Shown piece after piece: positions 10,230 to 19,992 of a DNA stretch of 64,000 nt (position 1 is its first letter; every line of letters begins with the position of its first letter). Made by a program: the position numbers and the translations under genes. Below the pieces are notes generated by a model. The model saw nothing but the letters and a program-made list of their open reading frames with translations, did no database searches and was not told the DNA's origin. The stretch comes from a virus (lineage: Duplodnaviria; Heunggongvirae; Uroviricota; Caudoviricetes), in the IMG/VR virus record IMGVR_UViG_3300037264_002389, positions 10,545-74,544 of that record; one strand, written 5' to 3'.

Positions 10230-10237
10230 TATAAATA
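10230..10237 (+). promoter_or_regulatory. TATAAATA box (T4-type late promoter consensus) upstream of tube paralog 2
   Basis: Exact TATAAATA 18 nt upstream of the ATG at 10255. Confidence 0.4.
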
Positions 10238-10254
10238 TAACTTGGAGGTTATAT

Positions 10255-10770
10255 ATGCCTGGTTTCATCATTGGTGGTATTGGACAAGGTCCAAATCATG
10301 CTATTGAGACACGGAGAAAGCATCGTTGGTTATTTGAGACTCTTGATGGCGTTGATGACAAAAAAATTTTAACCTATTTAAAAGAAGCAACTAGACCACA
10401 TTTAGTTATAGAACAGTCAGAGGTTTATCATAAACAAGAACGTATTTATTTAGCGGGTAGACATTCTTGGGAACCAATCAAGTTAGTATGGTATGACGTG
10501 GCTGATGAGGTTGATTCATCTGACGCTATTTGGCAATGGGTTAATAAAGTTATCGATTTCTTCAGGGATGTTGGTGTCCCACCACCAGGATCATATAAGA
10601 AAAATGGTCGTTTGATTATGCTGGATGGTGATGGGCGAACTAATGAAAATTGGGAGATATTTAACTGTTGGCCTGCAGAAGTGAACTGGAATGCTGTTGA
10701 TTACGCTGATTCAGAAATACAGACAATTGAAGTTACAATGCGGTACGATAGAGCAGCGAGATTTACCTAA
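10255..10770 (+). CDS. tail tube protein paralog 2 (gp19-like)
   Basis: About 55% identical by eye to paralog 1; a TATAAATA late-promoter-like box lies at 10230-10237. Confidence 0.65.
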   Translation: MPGFIIGGIGQGPNHAIETRRKHRWLFETLDGVDDKKILTYLKEATRPHLVIEQSEVYHKQERIYLAGRHSWEPIKLVWYDVADEVDSSDAIWQWVNKVIDFFRDVGVPPPGSYKKNGRLIMLDGDGRTNENWEIFNCWPAEVNWNAVDYADSEIQTIEVTMRYDRAARFT

Positions 10771-11267
10771 TGCCTGGATTCAATATTGATGGTGCTGGCG
10801 ATGGACCTGAAGGAACAGTTGATGTTCTGCGGCAGTATCGTTGGGAGATTCAACAATTAGGACCAATATCAGATAGAATTGTTAGACTATTAGCTAGGGA
10901 GATGGTTTTGCCAGAAAGTAAAATTGATACACAAGAGGTGCTTGGTGGTTTATTATATTACAAATATGCAAAATCAGTAAAATGGGAGAATATTAGTGTA
11001 ACGTTCTACGACACTACTGACACATTGAAAGAATTAATAGCATGGCGCGATAAGATTTATACAAATCAGGGCGGAATTAAGATTCATTCAAGATATAAAC
11101 TTGACAGCATCTTTCTCTTACAAGATGGTCTAGGCGCAACACTCAAAACAATTACAGCAAAAGGTTCATGGCCAGTTTCGATTGCCCAAGGCCAATTGTC
11201 TTATGCTAGTAGTGATGCTAAAATAATCACCGTAACATTAGCTTATGATTATGCAGAAGTAACATAG
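10770..11267 (+). CDS. tail tube protein (closest to T4 gp19)
   Basis: C-terminus KGSWPVSIAQGQLSYASSDAKIITVTLAYDYAEV parallels gp19 KGLWPTNVGELQLDWDSNNEIQTFEVTLALDYWE. Confidence 0.75.
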   Translation: MPGFNIDGAGDGPEGTVDVLRQYRWEIQQLGPISDRIVRLLAREMVLPESKIDTQEVLGGLLYYKYAKSVKWENISVTFYDTTDTLKELIAWRDKIYTNQGGIKIHSRYKLDSIFLLQDGLGATLKTITAKGSWPVSIAQGQLSYASSDAKIITVTLAYDYAEVT

Positions 11268-11302
11268 AACAGTACATAATATTGACATCATAGGAGAATA
11301 CT

Positions 11303-12325
11303 ATGCCAGAAAAAGAAGTAAATTTATTGAGTGGTGAACAACCAACTCAATCAGCTAAACCAGTGCCACATAAAGATGAATCGCCACCAAAAGAAACATC
11401 ACAAATGATTCATGGGACTAGACCTGATTTTAGTAGTGAGTTGAATCCAACTAGTAGTCCAGCAGATATTATCTCATTTCTGGCCAATAAGACCACAGAT
11501 GAGTTGATCCCATGGGAAGAGGTACAATTACCTAGTTTGGGAATTTATTATAATGGATTAATCCCCGATGGTAAAGTGCAAGTTAGACCGATGACAATTT
11601 ATACCGAAAAGATACTAGCAACAGCACGATTAGCGCAGACTAACCAATCAATTGATTATGTCTATAAGAATTGTGTTAAATTCCCATCGACATTTGATCC
11701 ACTCGACCTCTTAAATGGCGACAGAATGTTTCTATTGTTTTATATTCGTGGTGTGACCTATGGTAATGATTATGAATTTATGATTACATGTACAAACGAT
11801 GCTTGCAAGCAACAGAGTACGCATGAATATGACCTGAATATGCTTGCTAGCACTATTCGTGCTCCTAAACATCCAACTGAACCAATTAAAATTGCTTTGC
11901 CATATTCATCTGAAATCACCAAACGAGAAGTATGGGTTGAGATTCGTTTCTTACGTGGACGCGATATGCAAGTGATCAATCAGCGGAGGTCCATTAGAGA
12001 TAAAGCAATCGGTGCACCAGTTAGAAACGCTAAATCAGGTATGTCAAGTCCAGTCGAATCAGTTGCTCTTGATGATGCTATTGAAGCTAACTTGAATTTG
12101 GTCGCTGTAAGTGCCAACGGTCTCAAGGATAGAAATATCTTAAGTCAATTTATATCGAAGCTACATGGTATCGATACTGCGGCTATTAGGAAATGCCTGA
12201 ACGATGAGGCACCAGGTATTGATATGGATATTGTTGTAACTTGTCCACATTGTCAAAATGAAATGCGTATGCCGTTGCCGTTTACTGACAGCTTTTTTCG
12301 TCCAACGCACCGTGGGGGAATGTGA
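11303..12325 (+). CDS. hypothetical virion or neck protein with Cys pairs
   Basis: 340 aa; CTNDACKQ and CPHCQNE zinc-ribbon-like pairs. Confidence 0.45.
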   Translation: MPEKEVNLLSGEQPTQSAKPVPHKDESPPKETSQMIHGTRPDFSSELNPTSSPADIISFLANKTTDELIPWEEVQLPSLGIYYNGLIPDGKVQVRPMTIYTEKILATARLAQTNQSIDYVYKNCVKFPSTFDPLDLLNGDRMFLLFYIRGVTYGNDYEFMITCTNDACKQQSTHEYDLNMLASTIRAPKHPTEPIKIALPYSSEITKREVWVEIRFLRGRDMQVINQRRSIRDKAIGAPVRNAKSGMSSPVESVALDDAIEANLNLVAVSANGLKDRNILSQFISKLHGIDTAAIRKCLNDEAPGIDMDIVVTCPHCQNEMRMPLPFTDSFFRPTHRGGM

Positions 12326-12534
12326 AGCAGAATGGAATCACCTAATGGAGCAGGAATTCCTTCTTAAACGTTACGGCGATTTCTCTATATTCGAAATTAA
12401 TGCAATGACAGCAGAAGAGAGAAATTGGTTTTTAACTCGTATTAATAAAGAGAATAAGAGAATCAAAGACGATTCAAACACAAGTGGAATAACACCAAAA
12501 TAGGTCAAAAATATTCTAGATCAGGGGCATATAT

Positions 12535-13347
12535 ATGGCAACAGCAGGTAGTGAACCATTTCCGCGAGTAAGTGGCAGACTTGGTAGTCAACTTGATCTG
12601 AATATTACATTCTATAAGAATGGAGTACCAGCAGACCCCTTTGCTATACGTCTTGTTCAGATTTACAAATCATCAGTACAACAAGAAAACCTAATCGCCG
12701 AATTTCCAATTTTAGATCCAGACGAAACAGGCTATCCATCACCATTAACTCGTGAGTACGATGCTAATAACAATATTAAACCAGGTGTCTTCCACTTAAT
12801 ATGGGATGTGCCGACGCAAGGCATACCAACACCAGATATTTTCTTTGACGTGTGGTCCTATATACCAGAAGAACCAGATAGTGCATCAGATCTAGATGCC
12901 GTATTAGATGACGAGACTAGATGGCAGCGTTGTTGTAATGAGTTTTGGTTGTTGCCAGATGGATTCTACTGCGATAGTGGATTAACGAATATACGATTTG
13001 GGTTTGAACCAATCGATGTCAAATTCAATCAGCCTGAAGTACGGACCTTAGAAGTTGGACTTACACCATTGCCGCTATATGATTTCGAATATAACAAGGT
13101 AGCACCAATAATACCACATCTGAGGGCATTCATTACGCTGCGCACAGAGAATTGTGAATTATTAGTCGATAGGGAGCCGATGAGAATTGGTTTGCGGCAA
13201 GGTACGTACCGGTCTAATCCATTTGTACTTCAATACACTTTTGATAGTAACCGTGTCCTTAAAGGCACATATCAGTACCAGGTCGCTGTGTGCCTGCCAA
13301 ATGGCGAATCGCGTGTTAGCAAATTCTTTAGCCTTCAGGTGTCATAA
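12535..13347 (+). CDS. hypothetical structural protein
   Basis: 270-aa ORF. Confidence 0.45.
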   Translation: MATAGSEPFPRVSGRLGSQLDLNITFYKNGVPADPFAIRLVQIYKSSVQQENLIAEFPILDPDETGYPSPLTREYDANNNIKPGVFHLIWDVPTQGIPTPDIFFDVWSYIPEEPDSASDLDAVLDDETRWQRCCNEFWLLPDGFYCDSGLTNIRFGFEPIDVKFNQPEVRTLEVGLTPLPLYDFEYNKVAPIIPHLRAFITLRTENCELLVDREPMRIGLRQGTYRSNPFVLQYTFDSNRVLKGTYQYQVAVCLPNGESRVSKFFSLQVS

Positions 13348-13814
13348 TGTCAAAGGCATTTTTAAATCAACATGGTTTGCGCAAATTACTACCATACTTG
13401 GAAGGTATAGTACCTGGCATTAGAAATAAACTAGTAATTGAAGGCAACCATCTCAAGATACGTGACGAAGATTTTGACATTTTAATAAGAATACCTATTA
13501 CAGAACAGGCACCATTGCCAAGCCAAGCGGCTATGCCGACTCAAGCATCAGGGCCGACAGCAGCAACACCAACCAGTCAATTACCAGCAAGTAAAGCAGT
13601 CAGTAAAGGACCAGAACAGGAAGTATCACAAATCGGCAGGGCCGGTGCTAGAAAAGACGAAGAAGAGATGCTTGAGAAATTAATTGAGAAATTGAGTAAG
13701 CATTTCACAACCAGAAAAGAATTCGATGAGTATTTGTCAGGTGCTAAATCTGAAAATGAGAAGGCTGATGCTGCGAATACTTTTGAACAAATCGCAGCGC
13801 TATTGAAAAAGTAA
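13347..13814 (+). CDS. hypothetical protein
   Basis: 155 aa; start overlaps the previous stop. Confidence 0.4.
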   Translation: MSKAFLNQHGLRKLLPYLEGIVPGIRNKLVIEGNHLKIRDEDFDILIRIPITEQAPLPSQAAMPTQASGPTAATPTSQLPASKAVSKGPEQEVSQIGRAGARKDEEEMLEKLIEKLSKHFTTRKEFDEYLSGAKSENEKADAANTFEQIAALLKK

Positions 13815-13822
13815 ATATCTGC

Positions 13823-14272
13823 ATGGCTTACTACGAACTTGACCATAAAAAGCGTGAACATTTAGGTGCATTAATATCTGAAGCAGAGGTGAAAGGTAGT
13901 GACGCAATATATGTTATTGAATTGTCTAAAGCTTTAGCTGGCCTCCCTAACCCTATCGATAAGGATCAACGATATGTTAATATGTCTGACGAATTGGTAA
14001 GGTTTCTATTGACAACTATTGACAATGTGATTATTAGAGGCAAAATGGCTCTAATTATTATTGAATTACAATTAGCATTAAAGCGAAGGCTCGATGTACT
14101 ACCAACAACTCAATCGGACAAGGATAAAAAGTCGCCTGAAAAACCAGTCAAATTACAGCCGCAAATGATTAAAGAGGGCACCTGCCCACCGCCGATGCGA
14201 CCAACTTCATTAATTGAAACTGGCAAGAAATTGCCTGAGAAACCAGCTAAATTGCAGTCAAAGCCGACCTAA
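13823..14272 (+). CDS. hypothetical protein with duplicated KLPEKPAKLQ C-terminal repeat
   Basis: 149 aa. Confidence 0.4.
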   Translation: MAYYELDHKKREHLGALISEAEVKGSDAIYVIELSKALAGLPNPIDKDQRYVNMSDELVRFLLTTIDNVIIRGKMALIIIELQLALKRRLDVLPTTQSDKDKKSPEKPVKLQPQMIKEGTCPPPMRPTSLIETGKKLPEKPAKLQSKPT

Positions 14273-14290
14273 AACAAGTATTTAATTATA

Positions 14291-15994
14291 ATGCTGGCAC
14301 GTATCGTCGATAACCATTTCATATACTTGGATCAAGTTACACAGGGTATAGAAGAAAGTCTTATTGTTCATTTTAGCATTCGTGATCCACGTGCCTATCG
14401 TATGTCGGGGCCATGGGATGGATGGTATAGACGCTATAACACTAAAGAACAACGGCTTGCATTACCATTTTTAGATGAATTAAAGATTTGTTGTGATATT
14501 AATAATATTCCATTAGAGATTGTTGATGAGAGACCAGCACCCCAATACTCAGCCCCACAGGAAGACCAAATTACTGAAGATCTGGTGCCGAATATTAAAT
14601 TAGAATTATATCAGGTTAGATGTTTAAAAGTGTGTTGTCATGAAGAGATTGGTATTGTATCAGCAGTGACAGGTGCGGGAAAATCAGAGTTGATGTGTGG
14701 ATTGGTTAAAATGTTTCGCTGCCCAACTGTAATCATTACAGAACAAATAGTTGTTTTGGAGCAAATAGTCAAGCGATTAGAGGCACGCAATGTAGTTCAT
14801 AATAATGATGTTGGTATGTTTTGCCATGGTCATATGCCAGATGGGAATCTGGTTATAGTTGGCAGCATACAATCATTAAGTTCTCCACCAAAACCAGAAA
14901 AGAAGAAGATTAAAGTAACCATTAAGCAAGCTATTAAGCGTGTGACTGATTGGGCCAGGAAGCGTGATGAGCACATATTTAATATATTCCCACAAATATT
15001 AGCTGACTCTCTTTGTGATAATCCGTCTGGGGTAATGTGCTTACAAGGGAAATATCTACAATTATTAATTGATTATTGTATTGAACTTGAGTGGGAGCGG
15101 GTACGACATGCCTACTATACTAGGCATCAACATGCAAAACAAATTCAAGACGAAGTCGCCAAATGCGATCTATTGATCGTGGATGAATGTGATCTGGCCT
15201 CAACAACTAATTATTCTAAACTTTTTAAGCGCTATTTTAATGGGCGTAGGCGATTTGGATTTAGTGGAACTCCGTTTGATAAATCGAAGCCAGTTCAGGC
15301 ACTTTTCTTGAAAGAGAATTTGGGCAATGTAATCGCCGAGGCAACGCGTGAGGAAGTCCAGAGTCGGGGTAGGATAATACCCATTAAGATGTTTATGATT
15401 GGAATTGGTGAAGATGGCGATAAGGATGATGCGCGAGCTTATGATATAGCAATGCGCGAGGAGATGATTGAGAGTCATTCGTTTCATCAGTCAGTAGCAA
15501 ATATTGTATCGGCTTTTCCAAAAGATGGTACTTTAATACTTGTCGATACATCTCCAATTGAACCATTGGGTAATGCACTACAAGGAATAATTCCTCACTC
15601 AAAATTTATCTTTGGTGGTACTCCTAAGACGGAGCGTCGTAGATACATACAATTATTTGAGAGTAGACAATTAACTTGTTTGATAGGCAGCAAGATCTTG
15701 AAACGTGGGTTGGATCTGGAAGGTGGTGTCGAGAATCTAATAATAATCGGAGGTGGTGGGCAATGGTCTGATTTTGAACAGAAGGTAGGTCGAGCAGTAC
15801 GGGTGAACAAAAGGGGGTGGACGCGGATCTTCAGTTTCTTCTTCCTGAATAATAAATATTTGTATAAGCATTCCAGGGAGAATCTGAAGGCCATAGTGAG
15901 CATGGGTTATGATGCACGAGTCATCATTGGTGGAACAGAGATCGATGGCAAAGCTTTCGTCAAATCAAGATTCCGCATCACCAAAAATCGATGA
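14291..15994 (+). CDS. SF2 DNA/RNA helicase (DExD-box, possibly UvsW-like)
   Basis: Walker A TGAGKSE, Walker B LIVDECD, and a helicase-C-like LIGSKILKRGLDLEG. Confidence 0.7.
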   Translation: MLARIVDNHFIYLDQVTQGIEESLIVHFSIRDPRAYRMSGPWDGWYRRYNTKEQRLALPFLDELKICCDINNIPLEIVDERPAPQYSAPQEDQITEDLVPNIKLELYQVRCLKVCCHEEIGIVSAVTGAGKSELMCGLVKMFRCPTVIITEQIVVLEQIVKRLEARNVVHNNDVGMFCHGHMPDGNLVIVGSIQSLSSPPKPEKKKIKVTIKQAIKRVTDWARKRDEHIFNIFPQILADSLCDNPSGVMCLQGKYLQLLIDYCIELEWERVRHAYYTRHQHAKQIQDEVAKCDLLIVDECDLASTTNYSKLFKRYFNGRRRFGFSGTPFDKSKPVQALFLKENLGNVIAEATREEVQSRGRIIPIKMFMIGIGEDGDKDDARAYDIAMREEMIESHSFHQSVANIVSAFPKDGTLILVDTSPIEPLGNALQGIIPHSKFIFGGTPKTERRRYIQLFESRQLTCLIGSKILKRGLDLEGGVENLIIIGGGGQWSDFEQKVGRAVRVNKRGWTRIFSFFFLNNKYLYKHSRENLKAIVSMGYDARVIIGGTEIDGKAFVKSRFRITKNR

Positions 15995-16838
15995 ATTCGA
16001 ACGAAAAGAAGAATATAAATCAAATTGGTATTTCGACAATGAAGTAGTAGAACGATTAATGTATCGATATGTAGAAGGTGCATGTACAGATGTGTCACTT
16101 CGCGACCAGATAATGGAACATGCATCAGAATTAATCAGACAATTAATCAAAGCACACAATCTAGGCCAAATTTATCCAGGTAAAGAAGAATCATCAATAG
16201 GCGATCTATTCCAAGTCGCATGGCTTCAAATAGAAGGTGCGTTGTATAAATATGAGGCACACCCACATTGTTCTGCTTGCTTCAACAAATTAAGACCAAC
16301 TGATTCGTTACTTAGTAATGAATTCATGTTGGTTAGTGAGATTATAACCAAAATTGGTAAGTGTCCGCATTGTAAAGCACGATTAGAACCTAGCAAGATT
16401 TATTATAGAGGCAAATCCAGATTATTTAACTTATGGTCGCAGATCGCTCGAACCGTAATTCTAGCGCACATTAAGAAAGAAAATCGTGATAAGAAGAATG
16501 GATCGTTATTCCAAGAACATCTAGAAAATCGTCGTGTACAAAAAACGAACATGTTAGAACGATTCCAAACAGAGGCTAGATTACTCTGTCAGTATAACAA
16601 AGATTATCTTAAAATAATTGATACTTTAGATAAATTATACAGAGAAGACGAGAAACCACATGAAGGCTTAATTGGTAAATTGGTTGAAATGACAAGTTTA
16701 CCGCGCTTGACAATAACATCATTTTTGAAAATTTGTAGATTAAGAAGTTATGAATTTACTGATTCACCTATAAATGAAGAATTCGACACAATACGACGGC
16801 GCTCAACTGATCAGGATCAACAGGATGGAGATAACTGA
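15909..16838 (+). CDS. hypothetical regulator, possibly sigma-factor-like; the true start may be the ATG at 15945
   Basis: DLFQVAWLQIEGALYKYE resembles sigma-70 region 2.2 (DLIQEGNIGLMKAVEKFD). Also has a CSACF...CPHCKARL zinc ribbon. Overlaps the helicase 3' end by 86 nt. Confidence 0.3.
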   Translation: MMHESSLVEQRSMAKLSSNQDSASPKIDEFERKEEYKSNWYFDNEVVERLMYRYVEGACTDVSLRDQIMEHASELIRQLIKAHNLGQIYPGKEESSIGDLFQVAWLQIEGALYKYEAHPHCSACFNKLRPTDSLLSNEFMLVSEIITKIGKCPHCKARLEPSKIYYRGKSRLFNLWSQIARTVILAHIKKENRDKKNGSLFQEHLENRRVQKTNMLERFQTEARLLCQYNKDYLKIIDTLDKLYREDEKPHEGLIGKLVEMTSLPRLTITSFLKICRLRSYEFTDSPINEEFDTIRRRSTDQDQQDGDN

Positions 16839-17436
16839 GCGTGCCGTTACAGCGATCCAACGAATCCTAGATTCTTATTTAGCAGCCACAGGTCAAGCCC
16901 TAGAAGATATATTTATGATAGACAAAGATCTAGAGGAGGCATACATGTCAATTAACGGTAACAAAGAAATAACCGAAGCAACACCCAAGTCAACTTTAGA
17001 AAAGATGTATCGTAAATCAAGACCAAAAACAATTAGAACAAAAGCAGTCCATATGACAGGTAGAGTCGTACCCAAGAAAACGGCCAATAATGATCCACGT
17101 CGAGGTGGAAACAGAATTCATAATGAGAAATTTAATGAGCATTTAATTACAACCATTAACAAATTGAAAGAATTACTCACAGAAGACACACCTACCAGAA
17201 CATCATTGCATAATTTTAAACACATGGGTGAATTGAAAGAACTTCTTGAACATATGATTGCAGTTAGTAAAGATGGTTGGAAATTGGATAATGGAATACT
17301 AGTAAATAAAAATGGTCGTATGGCTTCGCCACAACGGTGGACGCTAAATGACGGCTATTTAGTTTGTCGACAAAATAGCAAAACGCCCAGTTACAATATA
17401 AATAAACTAGTTGAGATTAGGAAATTATTATCATGA
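16774..17436 (+). CDS. hypothetical protein
   Basis: 220-aa ORF. Confidence 0.4.
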   Translation: MKNSTQYDGAQLIRINRMEITERAVTAIQRILDSYLAATGQALEDIFMIDKDLEEAYMSINGNKEITEATPKSTLEKMYRKSRPKTIRTKAVHMTGRVVPKKTANNDPRRGGNRIHNEKFNEHLITTINKLKELLTEDTPTRTSLHNFKHMGELKELLEHMIAVSKDGWKLDNGILVNKNGRMASPQRWTLNDGYLVCRQNSKTPSYNINKLVEIRKLLS

Positions 17437-17999
17437 ACCAAAATCAAGAATTAATAGAAATTCTTAGTTCTGTTACTGAACCAGAACAGCCAGATGAACC
17501 CATGCCTCCATCGCCAGCTACCCCGCCTGAACCTCAAATTAAAGAACCAGCATTGATTCAAGCTGAGCCATTAGAACCAAATCTCCCACCATCTGACTTA
17601 ATAAAAGCGCAGGATAACAAGAACATTAATGATAATTTCAAACGATTAATTGAATTGTTCGGAACATCAGTCAATGAAATAATTAACAATCAACATACTG
17701 ATAGAGAGCAAGTTGATAGTGCAATACAGATCGTTCAGGCGCAGATTAATACTATGATTCAGTCAGGGAATACAAAAGGCATTGGAGTCTATTTAGATGC
17801 ATGGGCTAGATTGTTACAGACTAAAGCAGAGGTTAATGCAAATGCGCCACGTTCAATGGATTCAATAGCTAAATTATTGTCAGCCGCAAAATCAAATGAT
17901 TTAATTATTAATCTTGGTGGAGGGGCAGCAAAGGGCACTCTTAATTTAGAAGAGTTATTATCACAACCCATGAAGGACGATATAGATGACTCAGCTTGA
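17433..17999 (+). CDS. candidate small terminase subunit (by position only)
   Basis: 188-aa ORF overlapping the large-terminase start by 14 nt; T4 gp16 sits in the same position. Confidence 0.3.
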   Translation: MNQNQELIEILSSVTEPEQPDEPMPPSPATPPEPQIKEPALIQAEPLEPNLPPSDLIKAQDNKNINDNFKRLIELFGTSVNEIINNQHTDREQVDSAIQIVQAQINTMIQSGNTKGIGVYLDAWARLLQTKAEVNANAPRSMDSIAKLLSAAKSNDLIINLGGGAAKGTLNLEELLSQPMKDDIDDSA

Positions 18000-19884
18000 G
18001 CAGATGGCATTATTGATCAAACGCTGTCAAGCTCAGCCGTCGTTTTTTATTGAAAACTTTTGTATAATTAAACATCCAAAAGCTGGTATTATTAAATTTA
18101 AATTGTTTAAATATCAGCGTAAATCAATTCAAGCCTATTTAAAATATCGCTACACAATTTATAGAAAGTGTCGTCAATCTGGAATATCAACTTTAGCTGG
18201 AGCATTTGCTCTATGGTATGGCATGTTTTTCTCAAATAAGAAAATATTAATTGTCAGTAAACGAGACGAAGATGCTAAAGAATTTTTAAAGAAGAATGTG
18301 AAAATACCTTATGAACATCTTCCAGACGAATTTAAGAACATCTATGGCAATCCGAACCCAGAAGCATCGGGTGGAATCTGGAATGAACACTCGGTTGGAT
18401 TTCCAAATGGCTCAGTCATTAAGAGTCTAACGTCAAGCAAAGACACAATGCGATCTGAATCAGCATCACTTAATATTATTGACGAAGCAGCGTTTATGCC
18501 ACACATGGATGAAATGTGGAGTGGTGCCCAACCGACGTTACAACACGGTGGATCGGTAATAGTAATCAGCACATGCCTAGGAGTCGGCAATTGGTATCAT
18601 GCCACATGGGATGACGCGGAAAAGGGTCAAAATGACTTTTATCCAATCCATATTAACTGGTGGGAGATGGATTGGGAAATCGCCTATAAAGATGAGTTTA
18701 ATGGTAAGATGAGAAAGATCAGCCCAGCTGCTGGCTTAAAAAAGTGTGAAACCAAAGAAGAAATAGAAAAATGGGGGCCATATTGGAGTCCATGGCTCGA
18801 AGAACAATATAGACAATTACAACGGAAAGGTGAAGCTCACAAGTTCAAACAAGAAGTGTTGGCTGAATTCATCGGATCAGGCAATACAGTCTTACCAGCT
18901 AACGTCTTAAAGCATATAGAGACAACAATTGATGATAAATATTGGATTGTTGGTAAAGTTGACTATGTTCACCCGGTTAGTAGTGATACTATTCAACTCG
19001 ACTTTAGTAATGAGCTAAAAATATGGCGTAAGCCAGTAAGACCAGAACCAGATCTAATCGAAAATGGTCGCGTCATCAAGCCAGGCGCATCTGGCCATTC
19101 ATACTCAGTTGGTGTTGACTTTTCATCAGGTGAAGATGAGGACTTCTCAGCAATTGTAGTAATTGATTGTGTTACTAAGGAACAAGTTGCAGAACTTAAT
19201 ATAAAAGTTCTCCCAGGCACAATAGTAATGATGGTTGATTATCTAGCCAGGTGGTATAACAATGCATTTGTAGTACCAGAACGTACAGGTATAGGAATAC
19301 CAATATGTAATTCGTTATACTATGATGTTGCTTATACCAACATCTATCGCATGAAGACACCATCAGGCCAGGTTAGCAAGAAGCTTGGATTCCCGACATC
19401 GCCAGCACATAAACCAGATCTTGAGAAAGCTCTTATGGATCACCTTGGAGAAGATGGTATAATATTATACAGTAGAAAACTCCTAGAACAACTACACATT
19501 TATGTGCATCTAGGCAATAGAAAAACGGGTCACACGAAGGGACCAGGTAATCATAGTGATCTTGCGATAGCACTTGGATTAGCATTAATTGGTATTCGTG
19601 ATGCTATAATAGCCGACACTAGTACCTTAACCCCGATGCATAATGTTTCTAACCAGAGTCCAGCTTTGACTGCACACGACACTATTAAAGTTTCTGATTT
19701 CTTAGAAAAAGGTGGTGTACAAGCATTATTGCCAATAGCCATGGGGCGCAAAATAGATAATCAGACCCTATCACCAGAAGAGGAATTGCAAAGATTTACT
19801 CACCAATTAGGTGGAATAATGCTTGGAACCAAATACAGTAACCCATTAATGAAAACGAGGAGACCCATAATACATAAACAGTAA
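17986..19884 (+). CDS. terL: terminase large subunit (gp17-like)
   Basis: ATPase motifs RQSGISTLAG (Walker A-like) and LNIIDEAAFMP (Walker B); C-terminal nuclease-like VGVDFSSGEDEDFSAIVVID; 632 aa. Confidence 0.85.
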   Translation: MTQLEQMALLIKRCQAQPSFFIENFCIIKHPKAGIIKFKLFKYQRKSIQAYLKYRYTIYRKCRQSGISTLAGAFALWYGMFFSNKKILIVSKRDEDAKEFLKKNVKIPYEHLPDEFKNIYGNPNPEASGGIWNEHSVGFPNGSVIKSLTSSKDTMRSESASLNIIDEAAFMPHMDEMWSGAQPTLQHGGSVIVISTCLGVGNWYHATWDDAEKGQNDFYPIHINWWEMDWEIAYKDEFNGKMRKISPAAGLKKCETKEEIEKWGPYWSPWLEEQYRQLQRKGEAHKFKQEVLAEFIGSGNTVLPANVLKHIETTIDDKYWIVGKVDYVHPVSSDTIQLDFSNELKIWRKPVRPEPDLIENGRVIKPGASGHSYSVGVDFSSGEDEDFSAIVVIDCVTKEQVAELNIKVLPGTIVMMVDYLARWYNNAFVVPERTGIGIPICNSLYYDVAYTNIYRMKTPSGQVSKKLGFPTSPAHKPDLEKALMDHLGEDGIILYSRKLLEQLHIYVHLGNRKTGHTKGPGNHSDLAIALGLALIGIRDAIIADTSTLTPMHNVSNQSPALTAHDTIKVSDFLEKGGVQALLPIAMGRKIDNQTLSPEEELQRFTHQLGGIMLGTKYSNPLMKTRRPIIHKQ

Positions 19885-19992
19885 ACATTGGTATTTGAGA
19901 ATTATAGCTAGGGCCTGACCAAGGAACGAATTGGATGACTGAAGCGAACTCTAAAGTTAATATGCCGCCTCTTAGAAAATATATCAAGATGA

